Below are positions 1 to 9,784 of a DNA stretch of 15,268 nucleotides, one piece after another (the stretch's first letter is position 1; each line of letters begins with the position of its first letter). Made by a program: the position numbers and the translations under genes. This DNA is from Octopus sinensis. Lineage: Eukaryota. The stretch covers positions 1 through 15,268 of the forward strand of contig NW_021825571.1 of NCBI RefSeq assembly GCF_006345805.1. Direction: 5' to 3'. The notes below the pieces were generated by a model, which searched no databases, was not told the origin of the DNA, and was given only the letters and a program-made list of their open reading frames with translations.

Positions 1-324
1 GAGAAATAACCCATTAATTTTCCTATGTTATTTGGTATAAACCAAACTGAGTATGCTTATTTCTTAGTATTTGAACTGCTAGAGTTATTTTCGCAATTTA
101 TACAGTTCAACCATTAAACAAGTAAATAGTATTTTCCTAAACAATAGATCCACTTGTTTCGATTAGTAACTTATTCTCGAATATATCATGAATAACGAGG
201 CTTTTCATATCACTTCAGCCAGTTGAAAAACGCTACATGAAGAACTGATTTGATTTTAGACAAATGCACTGTCAACACAAAGGTCACACCATGTTTACAT
301 GTAGGAACACCTTCTGAAAATCTA

Positions 325-1025
325 TCTGTACATCTCGAAAATAGCCAGCGTGTATATTTCACAGAAGACAATTCTTGAAATGTAGTTCTGAATCCATGAG
401 AAACCACTTTGACTGCTTTCTTCAAATTATGCCAATGTGATCTGCTTGCCCGAACACTGTTGTATGTAGAGGTCCCCGTGTACTATACCTGGGCACATAA
501 TAGATGGAACAGAAGCAAGCAAGGAACGCGCATTGAGGGCTGAGAAGACAATGCTGTCTTCAAAAGTGGGGCCATTGGGTGGGTGTACACGGTGCACCCT
601 GATCAGCAGGAAGGCTTCTTTCTGCATCTACTACTACACACTGTCAGAGGTCCTACATCATTCACAGACTTTCGAAGACTCAATGGGAAGTCTGCACGAC
701 CTCTAGAGTACATTGCGCTAATCATGGACTACCGAAGGACGATGCTCACTGGGACCAGACACTGGTGGAGGCTTCAGTCAGCACAGCTCTAAGTCAACTG
801 CGCCAGCTATTTTCTATCATGTTGATGACATGTGGCTTGCGTGAACCTCATAAGCTTTGGGCGATCCACAAAACCTCAGCATGGCAGAGGACATCTAGAA
901 AGGATTCAAAGGCAAACCTCAGCGGAAATTGCCACGTTCAATAACGCCATTTACAATGAGACATTACTTGACCTGGACACCTGAGTGAAAGCTATGGGAG
1001 GTCAAGGCAATTCCACGTTTGGTTA
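325..1025 (+). pseudogene. Decayed Helitron RepHel coding fragment (region between the Rep core and the PIF1-like helicase domain)
   Basis: Hand translation of frame +1 gives SVHLENSQRVYFTEDNS*NVVLNP*ETTLTAFFKLCQCDLLARTLLYVEVPVYYTWAHNRWNRSKQGTRIEG*EDNAVFKSGAIGWVYTVHPDQQEGFFLHLLLHTVRGPTSFTDFRRLNG. After frameshifts it continues ...DDAHWDQTLVEAS..SQLRQLFSIMLMTCG..PHKLW..H..SMAEDI..YNETLLDLD.*VKAMGG..FG. This follows recalled Helitron RepHel motifs (VHLENGQRVYF, TTLTAFF, LLYxEVPxYYTW, GRxYTVHP, FxLRLLLHxVRGPTSF, DDxHW) in the correct order. At least 4 in-frame stops and about 3 frameshifts. Confidence 0.93.
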
Positions 1026-1197
1026 TTACATAACTGACATCACAATTTGGGTATTCATAATTTATTGGGAATTCCTAAAAACAAGATCCTGTGCAAGGCA
1101 GTTCGGTATTCTCTTTAAATACACAAAATCCGTTTTAAAGGCTATATACTTTGTATTGTTGTTATTGGATTAGCGAACAATTATGAGAACAGAACCA

Positions 1198-1243
1198 AGG
1201 GATAAGCCCCGCTTTTCCGGGAATTACCGGGTACGTCAGTTAG
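1198..1243 (+). mobile_element. Helitron 3' terminus (GC-rich hairpin followed by a degenerate CTAG, here TTAG)
   Basis: CCGG-GAATTA-CCGG palindrome at 1217-1230, a 9-nt spacer, then TTAG (1240-1243) followed by T. Nearly identical to 7798-7833, which ends in canonical CTAG|T. Lies about 220 bp downstream of the RepHel relic. Confidence 0.8.
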
Positions 1244-1491
1244 TATATACATCCATACATACTGAAGTGAAGACAACATATTCTTTATCTATCTCTTTAC
1301 CTTCTTGGAGGTTTTAGGCAAAATTATACTAACGTGTCCACCTGTTATAATTTAATTTAATTCCATTTATTTATACATCTGAGGATTGCTCTGCATTAAA
1401 ATTGATGTAATGGTTGCATTGTTCAATTAAATGGAGTCGCTTGAAACGATCGTACTGCATTACCTCTGGATATCCTGTTGCTTATTTTGAT

Positions 1492-1595
1492 ATAAATATA
1501 TATATATATATATATATTGGTTCACTCACCTGTTTGTCATCTTTTTAACATGACCTCCACTGTTCGTACACTTACATGTATTTCTCCACTCCTTC

Positions 1596-1640
<45 letters not shown>

Positions 1641-1829
1641 CTCGCTCTATCTCTCTACCCCCTCTTTATTTCCTTTTATTCTCGTCTTCTTTCGGAAAAC
1701 CAGTTAGTTTCACGTTTGTACCCTCACACCAACCGTATTTATATATTGCATTTACACAACGTACATATACAGACACACACAGATACACACATATACATAT
1801 ATACAAAATACATCTTTACATCTTTATTA

Positions 1830-1888
<59 letters not shown>

Positions 1889-1890
1889 TA

Positions 1891-1936
<46 letters not shown>

Positions 1937-2363
1937 TATATATGTATATATATTATATATATATATATATGTATATATATATGTATATATATATATATGT
2001 GTGTGTGTGTGTATGTGTATATATATATATATGTGTGTGTGTGTGTATGTGATATATAATATATATATACATACATACATACATACATACATACATACAT
2101 ACATAACATACACACATACACACATACACAAGCATATATATATATATATATTAAGAGTATACGAGTATTTGTCATATCAAAAATTGTATGGCACATGTAC
2201 ATGCGTACAGATGCCGACATACATGCACACATATAAGTACTCGAGTACAAAAAGGAGAACGAGGAAGAAAAGGAACCAATACACGTACACGCACATAATA
2301 TATAATATATACGTGCATACATACATACTACATACATACATACATACATACATTCATATATGC

Positions 2364-2412
<49 letters not shown>

Positions 2413-2913
2413 CACATATATATAATATATACTGATACATATACATATACATATATATATAAACAGACACGCACACTAACACACACTTACACACAGACAT
2501 ACGCATACACATATACACTCACACACATGCATATATATATATATATATTTTACGATACTTACGTATACATAATTACATAGAAGCTATAGAAGAAAGAAGG
2601 AAGGAAAATAAGATGTAAACAAGGAAAAGTAAAGGTTGATCTGATGTTAATTAGGAGAGAACGAAGAGAGGCCAATGGACGGGTTCTATTCTGTTTAATT
2701 ATTTATTTATGTATTTATTTATTTATTCATTCTTTAATTTATTTATTTATTTATTTATTTTTTTATTTCTGCGTTTATTTGGGACAGGGGTCTTTAGGTG
2801 GATGGGGTTTCTACATGTGTATGGAGGTGCATGAAACTTTCACGGACAATCTATCATGGTTCTAAGCCGGCTCGACAGTTGTATTCCCACGTCCTAAAAC
2901 AACGCATACCATT

Positions 2914-2948
<35 letters not shown>

Positions 2949-3730
2949 ACACACACACACACACACAAACACACAAACACACACACACACATACACACAC
3001 ACATGCACACACACACACACATACACACACACACACGCACGCAAGAACACACACGCAAGTACACACACATATATTTATGTATGTATGTATGTATATATAT
3101 ATATATTAATATATATATATATATATATATATATAGATAGTATGATGTATGTATAATATATATATATTATATATTATATATAATATATATATATATATAT
3201 ATACATGTATGGTTATATATATTTATGCATAAACGCACACATACATATATACGTGCAGAGATATACACAAGCTAACACACATTTATATGCATAAACATAG
3301 ACAGATACACACACATATATATACAAACATAAATATATACAAACGCACACATTTACTTGCATAAACATGGACACACAAACATACATACAGTGATAAACAT
3401 ACACACACACACATACACATGCACCTATATGCATACACATACACAAACATACATATTCGTGCATATACATATGCAAACAAGCATACACATATGCGTAAAT
3501 GAACACAAACGCACGCACACGTATACATGCTTAAACATACACACACACACATACACATGCACCTATATGCATACACATACACAAACATACATATTCGTGC
3601 ATATACATATGCAAACAAGCATACACATATGCGTAAATGAACACAAACGCACGCACACGTATACATGCTTAAACATACACACACACACAGGACTAAACGC
3701 ACTTATATACATACATATATACACATACAT
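1492..3730. repeat. Compound microsatellite field: (TA)n, (CT)n, (CA)n, (TACA)n, (TTTA)n, with short unique interruptions
   Basis: Directly visible: (TA)n ~1492-1517, (CT)n ~1592-1647, TA/CA/TACA ~1790-2550, (TTTA)n ~2690-2765, (CA)n ~2915-3070, (TA)n ~3090-3205, CA-rich 3210-3730. Confidence 0.97.
3394..3689. repeat. Tandem duplication of a 138-bp CA-rich unit (~2.1 copies)
   Basis: TAAACATACAC... starts at 3394, 3532 and 3670 (period 138). The first two copies appear identical by eye. It shows as a 46-aa repeat in the spurious ORF 3357..3749. Confidence 0.92.
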
Positions 3731-4004
3731 ATATAAATTGAGGATATAATTATTAAAATGATTTTGTCAGTGCCCAGCGCAAAATAACCACCATATCCGT
3801 AAAATTAATAGCTGAGAATATAATTATAAATATATAATTATAATTAATTCACCAAGTCAATATTGATTCCATCTCTTGTACTCCAAAACAACAACAACAA
3901 CATTCATTTGCCAACAACCTGCAATAGTTGCAGTCTTTCTGAGGTCATATGACTTGGTACATAGTATCGAGTATATAAACGGCCAATGAATAAAGAAGAA
4001 AACG

Positions 4005-4193
4005 ATAATGGCTTCCGATTTTGGCACAGGGTCGACAATTTTGAGAGGAGATGCTTTGGCGGCGGTTTACAGCGATCCCAGTCAGTACATGACTGGTACT
4101 TTATTTTATCGGACCCGAAAGGACGAAAGGCAAAGTTGACCTCGACAGGGTTTGAACTCAGAATGTCAAGAGCCGGGACAAATATCGTAAAGC
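4005..4193 (-). mobile_element. 5'-truncated tRNA-derived SINE (family B, related to the 6846-7617 array)
   Basis: The minus strand reads ...ctgagttcaaaccctgtcgaggtcaactttgcctttcgtcctttcgggtccgataaaataaagtaccagtc..., a B-box plus the same central domain as the array units. The tail differs (cctctcaaaattgtcgaccctgtgccaaaa). Confidence 0.85.
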
Positions 4194-4276
4194 AACAACA
4201 ACGATGATGATGATGATGATGATGATGATGAAGGCGAGGAGAATGAGGGGGAGCAAGAGGAGGAGGAGGAGGCGGA
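4194..4276. repeat. Trinucleotide microsatellites (CAA)n/(GAT)n/(GAG)n
   Basis: Visible directly. Confidence 0.92.
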
Positions 4277-5053
4277 GGAGGAAGATACGAGGAAAACAAA
4301 ATGAAAAAATGAGTTTTGTCAAAGTGGAGTCAGGTCTAATCAAGTGTATAGGGAGCTCTTTAATTTCGGAGGAGGATAATTATGATGAATAATGCCTCAA
4401 ACGTACAATATGCATTCACCGATCAGATTTCATTTAGATTTTTTTGTCCCTTTTTATCTGTTCTTTTCTCTTTACCCTTCATAGTTTTTTTTCTTTTATT
4501 CCGACGGTTCCACGCGAGTTATTTTCCGCCCTATAAAAACAAGTACACGTCTGTATTTTCTCAAGAGCATATAACATTTAAAAAAATTGTTTTGTGGTGA
4601 GGGAACTGGGTTATGATTGTTGTGTACTGTACAACTCTTGCCAGCAGTGATTGGTGTTACAACCCTTCACTTATCACTGCCGACAGTGAGTCATAAGATT
4701 TTATAGAGGATTCTTACATATATATGTAGTCTTATCAGCGAAGTCAACGAGCCAGGTAAAAGTGAGATATCCCAGCAACGTTAAACATAACATACAGGGC
4801 ATTTGCAAGGTTTCAGCCGATCTGAAAATCTAGGCACTCTAGAACATTAATGCGAAATCTGTCCTTATGTATGGTTGAGAAAGTTAGCGAATATAAAAAG
4901 AGAGATATGAATAAAATCGATGCTTTCTCCCTACAATAGACTGAGGAAAATCTGCCGCCATTTCTGGATCAATAACATAGAAATTGGGAACTTTACAATA
5001 GATGTACAATAGAAGTCGGGAGCTGTACAATAGAAATAGGGAGCTGTACAACA

Positions 5054-5090
5054 AGTGGATTTGGTCGAGGGAAACTGAAAGAAGCCCGTC

Positions 5091-5126
<36 letters not shown>

Positions 5127-5226
5127 TGTGTGTGTGGGTGTTTTGTTGTGTTGTATGTTTGTGTGTCTGTGTTTGTCCCCCCAACATCGCTTGACAACCG
5201 ATGCTGGTGTGTTTACGGCCCCGTCA
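5054..5226 (+). mobile_element. Internal fragment of family A SINE with internal (TA)n/(TG)n
   Basis: agtggatttgg..gaaactgaaagaagcccgtcg-(TA)n-(TG)n-gtttgtccccccaacatcgcttgacaaccgatgctggtgtgtttacggccccgtca matches the corresponding parts of the 8881-9446 copy. Confidence 0.9.
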
Positions 5227-5359
5227 TTGGAATAACATACAGGCAACACATTTGGCAAGGCCACCCGCTCAAAATGGACCGTTTAAAGATGCCAAATGCA
5301 ACATAAAGACAGAAACCATAGCGATAACATAGTCGCCGCCAATCTTGAAGTATAAAGTA

Positions 5360-5532
5360 CATCATCATCATCATCAACATTTAACATCCATTTTCCAAGC
5401 TGGCATGGATTGGATGGCTTCACAGAAGCTGGAAGCAGGTTCCCTAGTCTGTTTTGGCTAGGTTTCTACAGCTTGATGCCCTTCCTAATGCCAACCACTT
5501 TACAGAGTGTACTGGGTACTTTTTACGTGGCA
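5360..5532 (-). mobile_element. 3' end of a retroposon (SINE or LINE tail) ending in a (GAT)n tail on the minus strand
   Basis: The minus strand reads ...gtggttggcattaggaagggcatcaagctgtagaaac...ccatccaatccatgccagcttggaaaatggatgttaaatgttgatgatgatg. The AGGAAGGGCATC motif plus trinucleotide tail is recalled from abundant metazoan/octopus retroposons. There is only one copy in the window, so the family is not assigned. Confidence 0.6.
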
Positions 5533-5996
5533 TAATGAGAGGACAACTAAGTAAGCGTACAAAAACTGCTTGTTAGAGATCTAGAATTCTTTTGAGATCA
5601 AATGATTCAATGACTTCATCTGTACGACAGCATTTTTTCTTTAACAATAGTTAAATGATTTAAGGATAACTGAAAGTAATATATGAAAACGCTTTCCTCT
5701 TCATAAAATATTTGAAACTAAGTAAAAATGTAAAATACAAGACCGGAGAGAGTAAAAAAATTACCATCCTTTTACACATAGGAAATTAAATAATTAGTGT
5801 CCCAGCATGGTCGTAATCGGCGATCCTTCGGTATCAGTCTCCAGAGTGTCGGTGAAAGGAGACGAAGTCATTCAACTTCTTTTTCAGTTAGTCTCCTTAT
5901 CTATGCAATGAGAGAAGGTTGTATGGGTGAACGGTGTCGTGTACAAATACCGAAAGAATGCCTCTTTCTATTTAATTATCATATTTAATTATTACA

Positions 5997-7832
5997 TCTA
6001 TATACATAAATGGCAATTTCTGACCGTTTGTGGCTCTGTGTGTGTGTGTGAATTTATGACTTTAACTCCTCCGAGACTATCGAACCGATTTTGATGACAC
6101 GTGTCATATGTGTGTGTGTGTGGGAGGTCTTATGCCCAAACGGTCACTTACGCACTTGGAATTTCAAAAAAATCGATAATTTTTAATTAGCATCGATTTT
6201 TCAAAAATCAATAGAACATTTCAATGCAAATTCTCATATGAATATATTTTCTGCCATAACTTCTAAAGTTTTCAACTGATTTTCTTGAAATTTTATACAC
6301 AGATGGAATATGCACTAAGGATGGATTGATACAAATAAATCTTTACTTAGACCACTCAAGCAAAGTGTGAGACGATTTTTGAACAACTGATTAACGAAAT
6401 TTGGCCTAAATTGTTATGGGGTTAAAATGTTCGTCAATTATTTTAGCATTCTCAGGTTGCTATAGCATGTATTTTCTTAACACTTGCATTTAAAATTGTC
6501 GGTTCTAACCGTTGCAACCGATATTTGATTCTCACGATCAGTGGAACTATTCTCAGACATCAAATTAAGTGCATGCACTTAAAATTTTCTTCGGCTGCAA
6601 GAGAATTTGCCCCAAAATGACGAAAATCGTCAATTTTGTATGCTTTTTTCCCCTTCCCCTTAGCATCTTACAACTCTTATGGCCACCAGGTTGTCACCTC
6701 TGCACTCCAGGTGTTTTTGCCTTATAACAATCTTCTTTAAATAAGTTTTTTTGTTTTGCTTTCAAACTTTCATGTTCTTTTTTCCTTCACGACTTAATTT
6801 ACGTTCTCTCTCTATGTTCTTGATTCTATATGCTTTGCTTGTGAGCGAGCGAGCTGGCAGAAACGTTAGCACGAAATGCTTAGCGTATTTCATCTGCCGC
6901 TACTTTCTGAGTTCAAATTCCGCCGAGGTCGACTTTGCCTTTCATCCTTTCGGGGTCGATAATTTAAGTACCAGTTATGCATTGGGGTCGATATAATCGA
7001 CTTATCCGTTTTTGTTCTGTTCTTGTTTGTCCCCTCTGTGTTTAGCCCCTTGTGGGTAGTAAAGAAATAGGTAATTCATCTGCCGCTACGTTCTGAGTTC
7101 AAATTCCGCCGAGGTCGACTTTGCCTTTCATCCTTTCGGGGTCGATTAAATAAGTACCAGTTATGCACTGGGGTCGATATAATCGACTTAATATCCGTTT
7201 GTCTGTTCTTGTTGTCCCCTCTGTGTTTAGCCCCTTGTGGGTAGTAAAGAAATAGGTAATTCATCTGCCGCTCGTTCTGAGTTCAAATTCCGCCGAGGTC
7301 GACTTTGCCTTCATCCTTTCGGGGTCGATTAAATAAGTACCAGTTATGCATTGGGGTCGATGATAATTGACTTAATCCTATTCTGTCCCTTGTTTTGTCC
7401 TCTGTGTTTAGCCCCTTTGGGTAGTAAGAAATAGGTATTTCATCTGCCGCTACGTTCTGAGTTCAAATTCCGCCGTGGTCGACTTTGCCTTTCATCCTTT
7501 CGAGGTCGATAAATTAAGTACCAGTTACGCACTGGGGTCGATATAATCGACTTAATCCGTTTGTCTGTTCTTGTTTGTCCCCTCTGGGTTTAGCCCCTTG
7601 TGGGTAGTAAAGAAATATATATATTTGCAGCTTTCCCCTCATCTAATCAAACGATTGTCATTTTCCGATTCCACACGTATTTATTTGTATTATTGTTTCG
7701 TGAATCAATTTGCTTACGCCTTCTATTATCTGTCCTATGTCTTGATTTCATTTTTCGTCAGAGAGAAATTAGGCATTGTAAAGGGTACTGGGAATATCCC
7801 CGCTCTCGGGTATTACCGGGTACCTCAGCTAG
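5997..7832 (+). mobile_element. Non-autonomous Helitron-like element (1836 bp)
   Basis: The 5' end A|TCTATATACATAAATGGCAA is followed by (TG)n and a ...GAACCGATTTTGATGA motif, the typical start of non-autonomous Helitrons. The 3' end is GC-rich palindromic sequence CCCGCTCTCGGGTATTACCGGG followed by CTAG|T (7829-7833). The flanks are A and T with no TSD. That both ends belong to one element is inferred. Confidence 0.72.
6846..7617 (+). repeat. Tandem array of family B SINE: one head plus four ~185-bp bodies
   Basis: CATCTGCCG starts at 6891, 7077, 7262 and 7441 (periods 186/185/179). Each unit has B-box GAGTTCAAATTCC, the central domain GGTCGACTTTGCCTTTCATCCTTTCGGGGTCGAT..AAGTACCAG and tail ...GTGGGTAGTAAAGAAATA. 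The A-box-like head GCGAGCTGGCAGAAACGTTAGC occurs only before unit 1. Confidence 0.95.
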
Positions 7833-7856
7833 TTATATCATGAACGTTAACATTAA

Positions 7857-8236
7857 GCGCAGGCGTTGGCTGTGCGGTAGGTAGCTTGCTTCCCAGAAAT
7901 ATGGTTCCGGGTTCAGTCCCACTGCGTTGCTCCTTCGACATATATCTTCTACTATAGCTTCGGGCCGACCAATGCCTTGTGAATGGATTTGCTAGACGTA
8001 TATGTATGTATATATCTATGTTTATGCGTATGTACTTTGTGTCTGTTTGTCTCCCCCATCACCTCCGGACAACCGGTATTGGTGTGTTTACGTCCCCGTA
8101 ATTTAACGGTTCGGCCTAAGAGACGGATAGAATAAGTACTAGGCGTCGAAAATAAGTCCTGGGATCGATTTGTTTCAGTAACACCTTTCAAGGCGGCGCT
8201 CCAGCATGGCTACAGTCAAATGACTGAAGCAGGTAA
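7857..8236 (+). mobile_element. Family A tRNA-derived SINE, near full length and diverged (CORE-SINE-like; resembles octopus OR-type SINEs)
   Basis: A-box-like TGGCTGTGCGG, B-box GGGTTCAGTCCC (7909-7920), internal TA/TG microsatellite and tail ...CTCCAGCATGGCTACAGTCAAATGACTGAA. Colinear with 8881-9446. The family name is recalled, not verified. Confidence 0.9.
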
Positions 8237-8699
8237 CACTTACCTATGTGCATTCTAGCCCGATTAAACAGGGTTAAAACCTGGCTTAACCCATAGGGCT
8301 AAAGCTGGTTTAACCTTATTTATACATAATTCTGTTTAACACCTGACTTACGAAAAGGCGGAAGCAAGCATTTACACTAGAACTATTGCTAGTGCTGCTA
8401 ATACTACTACTCCTCCTGCTGCTGCTGCTGTTGTTGTTTCTATTGTTATCTCTTCCTGGTTGTTCACGTTAGGGAAAGAAGAATTTCACAGGTTATAGAG
8501 CAAATGGTTCATTCATTCACTAAAGACAGGAAGCCGAGAGGTGAGAGCAAAGGAACACAGGAAACAGTTGTTACTGAGAAACACTAACATACAATACGTA
8601 CATTACATACACATACCAGTCACATCATTCCCATACGGGCACATACGTATGTACACACGATATACAATTCAAATTGAAGAACTGCGTGCGCACTTGTAT

Positions 8700-8776
8700 A
8701 TGTTTATCAGTGGCGTGTGCGTGCGTGTATGTGTATGTGTATGAGCGTGTGTGTGTGTGTGTGTGTGTATACGTAT

Positions 8777-8833
<57 letters not shown>

Positions 8834-8880
8834 ATATATGTGTGTGTGTGTGTATGTATATGTTTATATATATATATATA
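8700..8880. repeat. (TG)n/(TA)n microsatellite
   Basis: Visible directly; abuts the head of the SINE at 8881. Confidence 0.95.
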
Positions 8881-9446
8881 GGCGTAGGAGTGGCTCTGTA
8901 GTAAGTAGCTTGCTTACGAACCACATGGTTCCGGGTTCAGTCCACTGCATGGTACAAATGTTTTGGCAAATGTCTTCTACTACTATAGCCTCGGGCTGAC
9001 CAAAGCCTTGAGTGGATTTGGTGGGAGGGAACTGAAAGAAGCCCTCGTAATATATATATATATATATAATATATTATATGGACTGAGAAGGTATAGAATA
9101 TAGATAAATATAAATTCATATAGATATATATATATAGTATATATATAATATATCAAGGATATCTGTATTATATATATATATATATATATGATTATATAAT
9201 GTGTGTTGTTGTGTGTGTGTGTGTGGTGTGTATGTTTGTGTGTTTGTGTTTGTCCCACCCAACATCGCTTGACAACCGATGCTGTTGTGTTTAACGGTCC
9301 CGTCACTTAGCGCTCCGGCAAGAGAGACCGATAGAATAAGTACTAGGCTTACAAAGAATAAGTCCTGGGGTCGATTTGCTCGACTAAAGGCGGTGCTTCA
9401 GCATGGCCGCAGTCAAATGACTAAAACAAATAAAGGAAAAAAGAAT
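8881..9446 (+). mobile_element. Family A tRNA-derived SINE, full length, with expanded internal microsatellite
   Basis: Head GGCGTAGGAGTGGCTCTGTAGTAAG, B-box GGGTTCAGTCC (8933-8943), a ..TTGGCAAATGTCTTCTACT.. segment resembling the CORE-domain start (CCTTGGGCAAGT), TA/TG tract ~9048-9245, tail to CAAATGACTAAAACAAATAAAGG. Confidence 0.93.
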
Positions 9447-9784
9447 ATATTAGTGTGTGTGTGTATACAACATAGACAAGAGGCTCATATAGGCCATTCA
9501 AGAAGACACAAAAACCGTTAACTTTTGTTGGCAAAATTCTCGTCGCACTTTCTGTGACCTGGTCACTAACACAGTTCGACAACAACTAAGTTTGCATGCC
9601 TACTATGTATTTTCCACGGTGTTATTATTTTAGTTTCAACACACGGTCTCAGATCAAATCCGTTCAGATCATTTTCCCGATCTCTCCAAAATATGTATAT
9701 TGATACAGTTCCATATTTAAGAGATGAGAAATTATTTACATTATTTACATTTGACGGATATTTGTCCCAATCTTGTTTGTTGTT

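Noticed and set aside
320-330. A|TCTAT as a Helitron 5' end at the start of RepHel homology
   Set aside because: It falls within codons of the conserved (H)LSVHL motif, so it is most simply coincidental.
210-627. Minus-strand ORFs 210..425 and 427..627
   Set aside because: Antisense shadows of the plus-strand RepHel relic.
1517-3749. Long ORFs rich in Y/I/H/T/C/V (e.g. 1716..2435, 239 aa)
   Set aside because: Translations of (TA)n/(CA)n microsatellites, which lack stops in several frames on both strands; no domain signal.
5797-5825. TCCCAGCATGGTCGTAATC resembling the family A tail CTCCAGCATGGCCGCAGTC
   Set aside because: Too short, and the flanks do not align; it cannot be called a SINE remnant.
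6885-7617. CRISPR-like or phage-like repeat array
   Set aside because: Units are contiguous ~185-bp SINE bodies without unique spacers, in a eukaryotic context.
9554-9566. Palindrome GTGACCTGGTCAC
   Set aside because: A single 13-bp palindrome is not surprising in 15 kb, and there is no supporting context.
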